A stretch of DNA of 64,000 nucleotides from a virus: positions 1-64,000 of the IMG/VR virus record IMGVR_UViG_3300006924_000007; one strand, given 5' to 3'. Made by a program: the position numbers and the translations under genes. The notes beneath the pieces are model-generated. The model saw only the letters and a list, made by a program, of their open reading frames with translations. It was not told where the DNA came from and did not search any database. Below, piece by piece: positions 1-9,032 of the stretch; the stretch's first letter is position 1; every line of letters starts with the position of its first letter.

Positions 1-98
1 AGACCTAGAACTTCATTCCAGTCATAGGATTGCAGGTCTAGATCTTCATAACACTCAATGTCTAGTGTAACACTCACAATGCGTTTCTGTGCGTACAT
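1..98 (-). CDS. hypothetical protein, runs off window start (MYAQKRIVSVTLDIECYEDLDL...)
   Basis: ATG at 96-98, open to the window edge; extended -10 TGATATAAT at 123-131 upstream. Confidence 0.6.
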   Translation of the reverse strand, partial: MYAQKRIVSVTLDIECYEDLDLQSYDWNEVLG

Positions 99-128
99 GT
101 GTATCTCGTGTGATGTTTACGTATTATA

Positions 129-314
129 TCATGCGTAATGTTTGTATGCAAGTTCCTGATAGTCCATGCTATCGCGTGCATACTCATCATCTAGATCATA
201 TGTGTATTGTGTATCATGATGTATGTGCATCTCGTCGAGCATATACATCTCGTCGCGAGTATCATGACATGATGTCTCGTAGCCCCACATGTAGAATGTC
301 TCGTAGTCGTTCAT
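129..314 (-). CDS. small acidic Tyr/Asp-rich hypothetical protein
   Basis: 61-aa ORF downstream of TTGACA(366-371)-18-TATAAT(342-347). Confidence 0.6.
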   Translation of the reverse strand: MNDYETFYMWGYETSCHDTRDEMYMLDEMHIHHDTQYTYDLDDEYARDSMDYQELAYKHYA

Positions 315-341
315 GGTTCTCTTCGAGATATCTAGTGTATG

Positions 342-371
342 ATTATATCATGTAATCTCGTTCTATGTCAA
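342..371 (-). promoter_or_regulatory. sigma70-type promoter
   Basis: TTGACA, 18-nt spacer, extended -10 TGATATAAT. Confidence 0.65.
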
Positions 372-471
372 GTGTAAGATCTCGACGAGATTTATAATCA
401 ATATATTTATACTATAAGATGTCTTTATGTAACATTTTATGTCTCGTCGAGAAAAATTCGCGTCCCGTGGG

Positions 472-500
472 TTGACAAACCGCGCTCTCCATGATACGCT
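472..500 (+). promoter_or_regulatory. sigma70-type promoter pointing into the DnaA-box cluster
   Basis: TTGACA(472-477)-17-TACGCT(495-500) with TGn extension; no plus-strand ORF follows. Confidence 0.5.
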
Positions 501-548
501 CGCTAAACTTGCATAAGATCTGATGTTTAGAAGATATTATACTCATAG

Positions 549-660
549 TTTTCCACAGATAAACAACTAATATCAGGGTTTATCCACACAAATAATACAC
601 TTTTCCACAACCTTGTTAAAAAAGAGTTTTATATTTATAATCATATTTAAAACCTATTTT
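549..660 (+). other. three DnaA boxes followed by AT-rich tract (oriC-like)
   Basis: TTTTCCACA 549-557, TTATCCACA 580-588, TTTTCCACA 601-609, then ~45 nt nearly pure A/T. Confidence 0.55.
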
Positions 661-932
661 TTAATGTATTCTGTATCAATGGATACACTTTTACTCTGAT
701 TCCAATCCCGAAGGGGTGAGGGACGCGAAGTGTCCCAATGTCTCACCACTCCTGCCACAATAAAGACATTCGTCAACAGATAAGTCAGTAATATACCCGT
801 TCTTAGAATACAAATAATATTATCATATCTCTCAGTCTTTTCATCATTAAAACTACCCAGAGTATACTTCCATACCTTAACTATCTCATTCACCAAGCAT
901 TCATTATCATTCACCATTTGTAGATAGGACAC
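654..932 (-). CDS. hypothetical membrane protein
   Basis: ORF with WKYTLGSF motif and one hydrophobic segment. Confidence 0.6.
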   Translation of the reverse strand: MSYLQMVNDNECLVNEIVKVWKYTLGSFNDEKTERYDNIICILRTGILLTYLLTNVFIVAGVVRHWDTSRPSPLRDWNQSKSVSIDTEYIKK

Positions 933-1183
933 TCACTTACTTTGAACTTAACCTTATGTTCTAACCAACAACCACAGTGTTTACATCTATTATGTCTCAT
1001 ACTATAATACTCACACGTCTTACATATATCCAATCGTTCTTTTTTTAATTCATCATTTGCGAATACTTCTCCCTCCGTGACTCCTATATTGAGCACACTA
1101 TCCTTGACCACTTCGAATGTAAACTTGGCAAGATTCTTTCCTTGTTCCTTAATTGTAGGAAACTCTTCCTTATTATTATCCAT
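911..1183 (-). CDS. Cys-rich metal-binding protein (DUF6171-like)
   Basis: CxxC...CxxCGC...K...CPxxKW; probable start MDNNKEEF. Confidence 0.65.
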   Translation of the reverse strand: MDNNKEEFPTIKEQGKNLAKFTFEVVKDSVLNIGVTEGEVFANDELKKERLDICKTCEYYSMRHNRCKHCGCWLEHKVKFKVSECPIYKW

Positions 1184-1778
1184 TGTAATTTGCCAGATAA
1201 AACCAACCTGTTGCAATATACTTTGTACCTTCTAATACTAACCCTCCTCTATGGCAATGTGTCATACCTGCGGGCCATATTAGTAACTTTCCCTTCTCAG
1301 GTTGTATCCTTTTCTTATAATATAGGAACTCTGTTTCTCCACCCTGATAATCATCATTCAAATAGATCATCCATACAAGGCATCGATTGGCATGTTCTAA
1401 TCCTGAGTTTTCATCGTGCCAGACATGATAACCACCACCGGCAGGAGTTTTCTGTATCTTCTGTGAGAGTGAATACATTGGTACAGTCTTTAGATGACCA
1501 AAGACATTTACATATTCATTAAAACATGATTGTAATGTCTCATTCAGTAATTGTGAATGATTATCCTTCATTGCAGGATTCATCTCTGCCAAATCTAATG
1601 CCCAATCAAATCGTCCGGCATTACTGTTCTCAAATTGATTATCTTCACAAAAGACTGCATCAATATCCTGATAATAATCAAAAGACTTAATAATACTATC
1701 ACAAAACTTGGAATCATATACATTAGAATACGTTCCTATAAAATCATTGTATTCACCTTTGAGTTCAATTGTTTCCAT
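1176..1778 (-). CDS. 2OG-Fe(II) oxygenase (prolyl-4-hydroxylase-like)
   Basis: HxD (WHDE), YLND..GGET.F, distal H (THCHRG), KY..TGW. Confidence 0.9.
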   Translation of the reverse strand: METIELKGEYNDFIGTYSNVYDSKFCDSIIKSFDYYQDIDAVFCEDNQFENSNAGRFDWALDLAEMNPAMKDNHSQLLNETLQSCFNEYVNVFGHLKTVPMYSLSQKIQKTPAGGGYHVWHDENSGLEHANRCLVWMIYLNDDYQGGETEFLYYKKRIQPEKGKLLIWPAGMTHCHRGGLVLEGTKYIATGWFYLANYNG

Positions 1779-2100
1779 TCAAATACTCCTTCAGTTCTGG
1801 GTTCTTTTCAATAATCTTTGATTTTAAATAATCATAGTGTTCATCATACCACTGTTCACTATTTGATATCCACTTATCTAATGGACAATCACCAAATGGA
1901 TCCCTTATCTTATGTGGTAGATAACATCCACAATACTTACATCCTTCTTCGGGTTCATCAAAGTGTTCACATCCATCACAAATTGACCATCTCTCCTTTT
2001 GACAGTTCTTTGATGCACTCCATACCTTTCCATCTGATTCCTGTAAAAAGAATTCATCCAGAAAATGAAATACAATTGTTGATAGTTTCGCATCATCCAT
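1765..2100 (-). CDS. Cys-rich protein (DUF6171-like)
   Basis: CDGC...CKYCGC...CPLDKW; probable start MDDAKL. Confidence 0.65.
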   Translation of the reverse strand: MDDAKLSTIVFHFLDEFFLQESDGKVWSASKNCQKERWSICDGCEHFDEPEEGCKYCGCYLPHKIRDPFGDCPLDKWISNSEQWYDEHYDYLKSKIIEKNPELKEYLNGNN

Positions 2101-2128
2101 TATATTATTATACCATACAATTGTTTCT

Positions 2129-3313
2129 TTATGTATTAAGAATTCCGCCCTTGATAGTATTAGCCGATGACCCTTGATTAACACTTGTTCTCTTCTTTAC
2201 AATTGCATATCCGGCACTACCTCCGGGTGATGGTGCAACTCCCCATGTTCCTCCCGTAATACCACTATTTCCAGAATTTCCGACACTGGTTGCACCTGAG
2301 TTCGCACATGAGTTAGTATTACCAGGATTACCCGCATTACCTGCACCAGGTCCACCTTGATTACTAAACCCTTGTCCGACTCCTCCATTACCTCCATTGC
2401 CCCCATTACCACCGGCAATGTTATTAGTTTGAGATGCATTACAAACAAATGACCAATTCGGACTACAGGCATAACCATTTCTTGCAACCGAATTCCATCC
2501 CTGTCCTCTTCTAAATGAACCACCACGACAACGTGTTCTTACACTATTTGGATTGGCAGAAGCAATACCATTCACACTAAAATTAGTATTTGCCTGACAG
2601 GCATTGATTCCTACTCCATCTCCAGGATAATTTCTTCCGCCACTACCGTAATTACCACTTACCTGAGTATTCGTGCTACATGAAATAGAAGAACCACTAT
2701 TTCCACTGTTTCCACCAGCTCCGCCGCCACCACCTGCCCATATTCTACCATTACTTCCTAATGTGATTGATACATTATCATAACTGGCAGTATTTTTAAT
2801 GTACAAGGCACTACCACCATTTCCTCCTCCGGCAGCACCACCCTCACCATAGATTGCACCACCATTCGGTACATCAATTGTTAGGTTATTATAATTTCCA
2901 TCATCAAACTTCAGTGCATACTTACTCACCTCATTCGCATATATTGTTCCTGTGACACTCATCTTCTTAGTCACATTCTTTGATAAATTAGAATTCCATT
3001 GTGATGAATTACTATCGGCAAATTCTAATTCTTCATCATTTCCACTTTGTGTGATATTATATTCTAAGATTGAATCTCTTAATTGTGATGTACTCCAATT
3101 AGATGATGTTGCAACATCTGCATTCTCTGTTGCATTTGGTACTCTAGGAGTGATATTAGCATCATCAGACCAGTCAACATCATCACCGGCATTTCTTAGG
3201 TAATCAGATGCACTTACATTTGTTCCTGCCAAATCACCAAAAGTATCCCGAATGGCACTGAACTTAATCTCTCCGGAAGTAAAGTATTTGGTTTGTGTTT
3301 TATTAATTGCCAT
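2129..3313 (-). CDS. glycine-rich virion/tail-fibre-like protein
   Basis: GEGGAAGG, IWAGGGGG, GGNGGNGG; late-promoter-like ATAAATA upstream (~3335-3345). Confidence 0.65.
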   Translation of the reverse strand: MAINKTQTKYFTSGEIKFSAIRDTFGDLAGTNVSASDYLRNAGDDVDWSDDANITPRVPNATENADVATSSNWSTSQLRDSILEYNITQSGNDEELEFADSNSSQWNSNLSKNVTKKMSVTGTIYANEVSKYALKFDDGNYNNLTIDVPNGGAIYGEGGAAGGGNGGSALYIKNTASYDNVSITLGSNGRIWAGGGGGAGGNSGNSGSSISCSTNTQVSGNYGSGGRNYPGDGVGINACQANTNFSVNGIASANPNSVRTRCRGGSFRRGQGWNSVARNGYACSPNWSFVCNASQTNNIAGGNGGNGGNGGVGQGFSNQGGPGAGNAGNPGNTNSCANSGATSVGNSGNSGITGGTWGVAPSPGGSAGYAIVKKRTSVNQGSSANTIKGGILNT

Positions 3314-3345
3314 TACAGAAACATTTTTTACCCATATTTATTTAT

Positions 3346-3825
3346 TCACATATATTTAATTGCGACAGTAAATCGATGGTCATTTCTAAATGTTGTGGCA
3401 CGATGCCATAGATTCGCACTAAACACAACCATACGATTCGGTATTGGTAAGATACCATACAGTTCATCATTCATTAGAAATTGTGTCTCTCCTCCATCAT
3501 CTTTGTCCCATCCCATATTTGGATAATACAGGAATGTTACTCCATTATCACCATCGGTATGAAAATATGGACGCTCACATGGTACAAAACAATTCACATA
3601 CATTCGGTAGAGTTTCTTACCCTGCACTTGCTCTGATGAATCTTTTAACTTCTTTTTGATCAGTTTATATACAAACTCCGTCTCTGGTATATTATGAATC
3701 ATACCCGTCACAGGTAGATTTGCATCATCTCTCTCACCATATGAATACTCTGCACTCATACAATACTCATGAATAACCTGATGCTCCTCCTCAGAAAAGA
3801 ACTGATCAATATAATTAAGGTCCAT
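3346..3825 (-). CDS. 2OG-Fe(II) oxygenase
   Basis: FHTD, GGETQF, WHRA, RFTVA. Confidence 0.85.
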   Translation of the reverse strand: MDLNYIDQFFSEEEHQVIHEYCMSAEYSYGERDDANLPVTGMIHNIPETEFVYKLIKKKLKDSSEQVQGKKLYRMYVNCFVPCERPYFHTDGDNGVTFLYYPNMGWDKDDGGETQFLMNDELYGILPIPNRMVVFSANLWHRATTFRNDHRFTVAIKYM

Positions 3826-4465
3826 ACAATTTGTCCTCTCCGTATTCTGTCAGGATAATATTAAATGCCACACTGATTCTTGGATTGTCCGGTGTTGGTT
3901 CTGATTTTGGTACATAGTGCTCTAAGTATGGAGGGAACATAATAATACTACCCTCTCTTAATTGTGGTTCATACTTCTCCTCATAGTTATTCGAGTCCAG
4001 TTCAATTGAATTGGTCTGCCTCAGTTCTCTAATTGGATCATTGAATACTACTGGTTGATGTACCTCAGGGTCAAACTTCAAGTAATGAATACATGAGAAA
4101 TGTGGACGTAGTGAAAACATATCAGGTTGCACATGTGTATGCACTTCCTGATACTCACCATCACTATAATAATTAAACCACATATCAAGCACATTCACCT
4201 TTGTGGGTTTATCAAAGAACTTAAGAATATATTTTTCATACAATCTCTGTGTCACCTGACTCTCGGTAAAGAGTTTGAAGTTAAAATTATCTGCATCATA
4301 TGATGTCAGTAGATTATCAGTCAACCATCCTTCGGGTACTTTTGAATCTCCCTTATCACGATAGTTTTCAATCGCATGAGACAATTCCCTCTTAATTAAC
4401 TCATTCTCCTTGATATGAGACTGAAAGATGTGTATTGGAAATAATACCTTTTTATATGGGTTCAC
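3815..4465 (-). CDS. putative 2OG-Fe(II) oxygenase (TIGR02466-like)
   Basis: WFNYY..GEYQEVHTH, MFPPYLEHYV, RISVAFN. Confidence 0.85.
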   Translation of the reverse strand: MNPYKKVLFPIHIFQSHIKENELIKRELSHAIENYRDKGDSKVPEGWLTDNLLTSYDADNFNFKLFTESQVTQRLYEKYILKFFDKPTKVNVLDMWFNYYSDGEYQEVHTHVQPDMFSLRPHFSCIHYLKFDPEVHQPVVFNDPIRELRQTNSIELDSNNYEEKYEPQLREGSIIMFPPYLEHYVPKSEPTPDNPRISVAFNIILTEYGEDKLYGP

Positions 4466-4469
4466 AAAT

Positions 4470-4772
4470 TTAATCTACCTCAACATTATCAAACCGATTG
4501 TATGTATCCATCTCATCTAAGGTTTTACCATACTTATTCTTCCTTGTGTAGACATATTTCAAGTCATTCCAATACTGTGGATGACAAACTAAAAGTGTAT
4601 GAATATATTTGTGCCTCTCAATCTTTGTATATTCACAATTTGGTTTTGGTTTGACACCAGTCTCAATCGTAATATACAGTTCATCTACAAAATATACCCA
4701 ACCTTTGTGAACTATATCATTTTTATCCCAAATAACATAGTCATCAACTTTTGGAGTATAGTGCATATTCAA
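4470..4772 (-). CDS. hypothetical protein
   Basis: ORF in the co-oriented run. Confidence 0.65.
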   Translation of the reverse strand: MNMHYTPKVDDYVIWDKNDIVHKGWVYFVDELYITIETGVKPKPNCEYTKIERHKYIHTLLVCHPQYWNDLKYVYTRKNKYGKTLDEMDTYNRFDNVEVD

Positions 4773-5046
4773 GAGGGTTGAGGTTGAGTTGCATTGCGGT
4801 GTATGGAGTCGTAGAACTAATATCTACCTTATCTCCGTGCTTGGTGGAGTTAATAGGCGCATGATAGCATCTCTTCTTTGTACCATAGAATCCCCAGATT
4901 GATCGGGGAGGTGTATCAGTATAAGAGAACATGCCATGGTTGATAATCCAAATAGCAAGCATATTTTTTCTATGCTCTGTAACTTCATATGAGAAACCTT
5001 TTGGAGATTGATGTATGAAATCACGCGGGAGTTCAATCGTTGTCAA
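4744..5046 (-). CDS. hypothetical cyanophage protein
   Basis: probable TTG start overlapping upstream stop; SIWGF...TPYTAMQLNLNPLE. Confidence 0.65.
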   Translation of the reverse strand: MTTIELPRDFIHQSPKGFSYEVTEHRKNMLAIWIINHGMFSYTDTPPRSIWGFYGTKKRCYHAPINSTKHGDKVDISSTTPYTAMQLNLNPLEYALYSKS

Positions 5047-5218
5047 TAACTGCTCTGAGTCTGTCTGGTGCGATTCCAATTCCGAGATAGTCTTGCAGTT
5101 TGGCATTACATTGTTCCTTGGTCAATTTGCGATTAGAATGATCGTCTTCAACAATATCCTCCCACCCGACTGTACTCAACTCTTGAATTTTGTAAAGTCT
5201 TTCTTCCATGTGGTTCAC
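5033..5218 (-). CDS. hypothetical protein
   Basis: 61-aa ORF behind promoter 5234-5262. Confidence 0.7.
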   Translation of the reverse strand: MNHMEERLYKIQELSTVGWEDIVEDDHSNRKLTKEQCNAKLQDYLGIGIAPDRLRAVIDND

Positions 5219-5233
5219 CTTAAGTGTGTTACT

Positions 5234-5262
5234 ATTTTACTTTAATTTATACCACATGTCAA
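5234..5262 (-). promoter_or_regulatory. sigma70-type promoter
   Basis: TTGACA-17-TAAAAT. Confidence 0.65.
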
Positions 5263-5368
5263 TGGAGGAACTTCAATCATAATCCACTCAGAAGAGAATA
5301 GGTTAATCGTGTTCCCCAATTCATAAACCACATGAAAGATGCTATGAAGATTAGTTTGTGTGTGGCAG

Positions 5369-5527
5369 TCATGCTGGTGTTACATTCCATTCATCTGTCG
5401 GAACCATTGTGTTGATGACGTGCTCAACATTTTCGATCCCATAGACCACAACCTGCTGAGTTGAAGTGTAACCATTTTTCTTCTCACGTTTCCATGAGAC
5501 AACCCATCGATCACATGATACTTTCAT
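5369..5527 (-). CDS. small hypothetical protein (MKVSCDRWVVSW...)
   Basis: 52-aa ORF, ATGA overlap with upstream gene. Confidence 0.55.
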   Translation of the reverse strand: MKVSCDRWVVSWKREKKNGYTSTQQVVVYGIENVEHVINTMVPTDEWNVTPA

Positions 5528-5730
5528 CCATTATTCTCCATAAATTCATCAAGAGTGTAACCTTCGTCAGTGCTAGTTTCTTCAATCAATTCTTCGATTG
5601 TAAGTTTTTCCATCTCCTTACGATATTCTTCCGATGTTAGATCTTCTGGGTCATAATCATCATGGCAGAGATAGTCCCACTCATAGACCAAGGCATCAAT
5701 TAATTGTTCTCTGGTATAATTCATAATCAA
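5524..5730 (-). CDS. acidic hypothetical protein
   Basis: coupled ORF. Confidence 0.65.
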   Translation of the reverse strand: MIMNYTREQLIDALVYEWDYLCHDDYDPEDLTSEEYRKEMEKLTIEELIEETSTDEGYTLDEFMENNG

Positions 5731-6113
5731 GCACCCTGATAGTATGCGTTACGATAGAGATAACCACCTGCCCAATCACAGTTCTCCAACACAAACTCAC
5801 GTTCTTCGATGATTAGCAGATTGAAACGCACACCTTTTGCAGGTGCTTTGACTGATGCAGGTTTGTAAACTTCACCAGTCTTCTTATCAATGAAGGCATG
5901 AACTGATTCAGTCTGACCATCTACACATTGCATCACTTTGTGATACTTACGACCAGAAACTAATGCGTAAGAATAGTTACGACCATTTGGATGTGAACGT
6001 TGATAGTTTTGTTGTAGTGCATCACAAAGCATGAGAGCATACTTGGTGACATTCAACTGAATGGTGTTCTGAGCGTCTTTCTGAGCAACGTAGTCGGTGA
6101 AGGTGGCAGTCAT
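5727..6113 (-). CDS. conserved early cyanophage hypothetical protein
   Basis: SVHAFIDKKTGEVYKPAS.KAPAKGVRF motif; ATG 6113 at end of repeated promoter unit. Confidence 0.8.
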   Translation of the reverse strand: MTATFTDYVAQKDAQNTIQLNVTKYALMLCDALQQNYQRSHPNGRNYSYALVSGRKYHKVMQCVDGQTESVHAFIDKKTGEVYKPASVKAPAKGVRFNLLIIEEREFVLENCDWAGGYLYRNAYYQGA

Positions 6114-6191
6114 GGGTGGTTTCCCTTGTATGAATGTATTATAGGGCATCCTGAAGGAGTTTCAACATGCCGTGTGACACTAGTTAAACTG
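6109..6191 (-). repeat. 83-bp direct repeat copy 1 (early promoter + leader + start codon)
   Basis: 82/83 identical to 7290-7372; TTGAAA...TATAAT. Confidence 0.95.
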
Positions 6192-6690
6192 GCACATAAA
6201 GGGTTCCATATTTACCAAAAGTGTTCTTGAATCGGTCAAGATCAGTTCCAAGGTATATGATAGCAGACTGAAATGGTGCTGCACTTTTGGCAGCACCGAA
6301 TCTTAACCGTCTATTGACTCCTATCCATGGATATTTCTCAATAGATCTCCACCATTTGGTAGAAACGTCCAACTTAATGAGAAGAACCATTTCTTTCGCA
6401 TTTCCATTTTCGTATTGGGCAGCAGCATGGGGAATCCAGGTTTTACTGGCAGAATATGGATGATTCATAAAAACCTTACCAAACCATGGATGTTTTAAAC
6501 CATCCGTTTCTTCAGTATAAAGAACCTTAGCAGGAACGTTTGGATTGTTTACATCATTACAACATGGGTCAGTATCAATCTGCCCATCAAAGAATTTGAC
6601 AACATCACCCACAAATTCTACAGGAGTATTCCACGTATCTTTACGATTGCCTGTACTTGCTGTTAGAACTTGAAGTGTGTTTGATGTCAT
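6184..6690 (-). CDS. phage DNA N6-adenine methyltransferase (Dam-like)
   Basis: W.TP, DPCC, FMNHPY (NPPY-like motif IV), RLRF...APF.S. Confidence 0.85.
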   Translation of the reverse strand: MTSNTLQVLTASTGNRKDTWNTPVEFVGDVVKFFDGQIDTDPCCNDVNNPNVPAKVLYTEETDGLKHPWFGKVFMNHPYSASKTWIPHAAAQYENGNAKEMVLLIKLDVSTKWWRSIEKYPWIGVNRRLRFGAAKSAAPFQSAIIYLGTDLDRFKNTFGKYGTLYVPV

Positions 6691-7115
6691 GAATAGAGAT
6701 ACTCTTGAACGAATTGATTGTGATTGATGATACGAACATCAGGATAGATAGACTTCATTTTAGCACAGAACTCTTCAGAAAGATAGTATTCTTTCCACTT
6801 CCATGCTTTGTCAGGTCCGGCAACAACAATCGTTGCAGACTTGTATTCATAATCATCAATCGCATGTTGCAATTTCATGAACTCAAAAGGAATTTTTTCC
6901 TCGGCAGTTCCCTGAACACGTTGATACTTAAGACTAATAAGTTCGGTTTCATCTAGAAGAATATCAAGTTTGTGTTTACCACCATTGCGCTTTTTACCAA
7001 TCCAAACTTGTGACTCTACCTTGTGGTCACTAAATTGCTCCAGAAGATTTTCAACCTCTGTCTCATAATTAGTGCCGGTCGTTGTGTCGCGGGATGCAGA
7101 AGTTGCCATAATCAA
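6687..7115 (-). CDS. PD-(D/E)XK endonuclease, restriction-enzyme-like
   Basis: G.NYE, LDILL...ISLKYQ..GTAEEK; coupled to MTase. Confidence 0.7.
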   Translation of the reverse strand: MIMATSASRDTTTGTNYETEVENLLEQFSDHKVESQVWIGKKRNGGKHKLDILLDETELISLKYQRVQGTAEEKIPFEFMKLQHAIDDYEYKSATIVVAGPDKAWKWKEYYLSEEFCAKMKSIYPDVRIINHNQFVQEYLYS

Positions 7116-7294
7116 TAAGAATAGGTAGAAAGATTGCGAGCAGGAACGTGATACCCATTATCAGGATTATTCACATCAAAAACCCATACCAACTCATCAT
7201 CGGATGCCCGATAAACATCCATAGCAAACAAGGGAACCAGTTTGACCATGAGAGTACCCCAGTAATATTCTGTATCAAAGTCAAAGGTGGTCAT
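7112..7294 (-). CDS. small hypothetical protein
   Basis: ATG 7294 at end of repeat copy 2. Confidence 0.7.
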   Translation of the reverse strand: MTTFDFDTEYYWGTLMVKLVPLFAMDVYRASDDELVWVFDVNNPDNGYHVPARNLSTYSY

Positions 7295-7372
7295 GGGTGG
7301 TTTCCCTTGTATGAATGTATTATAGGGCATCCTGAAGGAGTTTCAACATGCCATGTGACACTAGTTAAACTG
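7290..7372 (-). repeat. 83-bp direct repeat copy 2
   Basis: 82/83 identical to 6109-6191. Confidence 0.95.
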
Positions 7373-7613
7373 ACACCCTGGACTTGAAATAAAGACCAGC
7401 AATCTGCATCATATCAATCAATACCGATTGAATTTTTTCAAGTTCTTCTGGATCAATTTCAGAATCCCAAAAATCTACAATTTCAAACTCCTCAAAATTT
7501 ACACTACCATTTTTATACATTGGAGAGTAAAATAGTTCCCCCTCAGTACAAACAGCATAGACTCTGCCATGATTTTTAACCGTTACAAATACACCAGAAA
7601 ATTGTGGGTTCAT
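7365..7613 (-). CDS. hypothetical protein
   Basis: 82-aa ORF whose stop lies within the promoter palindrome. Confidence 0.65.
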   Translation of the reverse strand: MNPQFSGVFVTVKNHGRVYAVCTEGELFYSPMYKNGSVNFEEFEIVDFWDSEIDPEELEKIQSVLIDMMQIAGLYFKSRVSV

Positions 7614-7756
7614 GATTCGGGAAGAGTTAGTTGTTCAAATCGAAGATGATCATCACAAGAGTCATCGTCTTGCAAATCAATCATCTCAGTATCAGTGAGG
7701 GAAGTGAGTTTACCGAAGAGAAAATCGATAAACTCATGGTCTTCTTTGGTGAACAT
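7610..7756 (-). CDS. small acidic hypothetical protein (MFTKEDHEFIDFLFGKL...)
   Basis: 48-aa ORF filling the gap, ATGA overlap. Confidence 0.6.
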   Translation of the reverse strand: MFTKEDHEFIDFLFGKLTSLTDTEMIDLQDDDSCDDHLRFEQLTLPES

Positions 7757-7758
7757 AA

Positions 7759-8025
7759 TCAGCAACCCATTGGAGTGTACTCGGAACGATCCATTTTGTC
7801 GGTGTTGTAGTTAGTAACTGTTGCACCGTTGGCAATACGCTCTGCCCACTCATTCTTGGCAGTGAGCATAGTCACAGTGCTATAAGATTTTTGACCATTA
7901 GCACGGAAAGTGACACGTTTTTGGAAACGCTTAACAACAACCTTCGTTCCTGTGATAGGATCTGCCTCGGCAATGAATGCCTCAGGGAAGAAATCAACGA
8001 TACAGACGGAGTTGGTGAGTTGCAT
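7759..8025 (-). CDS. conserved early hypothetical protein
   Basis: follows promoter unit 8048-8105. Confidence 0.75.
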   Translation of the reverse strand: MQLTNSVCIVDFFPEAFIAEADPITGTKVVVKRFQKRVTFRANGQKSYSTVTMLTAKNEWAERIANGATVTNYNTDKMDRSEYTPMGC

Positions 8026-8047
8026 GGGGTGGGTTGCTTATGTAGTT

Positions 8048-8105
8048 ATTATAGGGCATACAGAGCACTTTCCAATGGGTTCTGTGACACTTCTTCAACT
8101 GGCAC
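8048..8105 (-). promoter_or_regulatory. early promoter with upstream 22-bp palindrome
   Basis: TATAAT 8048-8053; GTGACACTTCTTCAACTGGCAC 8084-8105. Confidence 0.8.
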
Positions 8106-9032
8106 AAGAGTTTCTATTGATTTTTCAAATAATATCTTACCATCAGTGTTAAGATCAAATAAAATGTAATTTCTATTTGTCAGAATGGCACTTCTCCCCA
8201 CCGTGCCCGATCCGGCACAAGCATCAAGGACAATAGAACCTTCATTGCTAAACATTTTCAAAATTCTATTCAATAGTGCCACAGGTTTCTGCGTTGCATA
8301 ATCCAACTTCTCAACACCTTGAATTTGTTTGATATCATTCCACACGTCTTTTACTGGAATACCATCCATTTCATCAAGATATTTTTTTACTCTAGGAATA
8401 CCCGTATTGGGAGAATACTCCAGTCGATTATCATCGTGAAGCATTTGCATTCTCTCCTTTGATACATGCCACTGGAGATCATTACCATTCCATTCATATC
8501 TCAAATTGGGGCGAGACACAACATTTGGTTGACGATTAACGAGTGCAGATGTATTATATTTCTTCTTACGAACCTTACAGATTTTTGCTTTCTTTACAGT
8601 TTCTGTGTCATATTGTTTATGTTCTGCATTGTATATTGATTCCTTACCTTTCTGATATACAATAATTGTGTCGTGGTTTCTTTGTAATTGATACTTTGAT
8701 TTGTGATTACCACCAGACACCCATACAATTTCGTTCTTAAATTTTTTTTCTCCAAAGATGTCATCAAGAACAATGCGAACATGATGAGAGATCTTTGCCT
8801 CTACATGAATAACAATGTTGCCGACATCAGTCAAAATTCGATGACACTCTTCAAACATTGGACGCAACAACAATTCACGATAATCTGCACTGGAATTGAA
8901 TCTATCATCAAAATGATAAAAATCTCTTCCAGTGCAATAGGGTGGATCAATATAAATTAGATCCACAGTATTTGACTCAACTTCCTTCAGAAGTTCTCTG
9001 TTGTCACCTATTTTATACTCGTTGATTTTCAA
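8049..9032 (-). CDS. site-specific DNA methyltransferase (beta-class N6A/N4C, Mod-like)
   Basis: LIYIDPPY, YATQKP..LL, VLDACAGSGT; probable TTG start at 9032. Confidence 0.92.
   Translation of the reverse strand: MKINEYKIGDNRELLKEVESNTVDLIYIDPPYCTGRDFYHFDDRFNSSADYRELLLRPMFEECHRILTDVGNIVIHVEAKISHHVRIVLDDIFGEKKFKNEIVWVSGGNHKSKYQLQRNHDTIIVYQKGKESIYNAEHKQYDTETVKKAKICKVRKKKYNTSALVNRQPNVVSRPNLRYEWNGNDLQWHVSKERMQMLHDDNRLEYSPNTGIPRVKKYLDEMDGIPVKDVWNDIKQIQGVEKLDYATQKPVALLNRILKMFSNEGSIVLDACAGSGTVGRSAILTNRNYILFDLNTDGKILFEKSIETLVPVEEVSQNPLESALYAL

Noticed and set aside
6114-7330. Shared N-terminal peptide MPYNTFIQGKPP on two ORFs
   Set aside because: Translation of the repeated promoter DNA (contains the -10 box); real starts are at 6113 and 7294.
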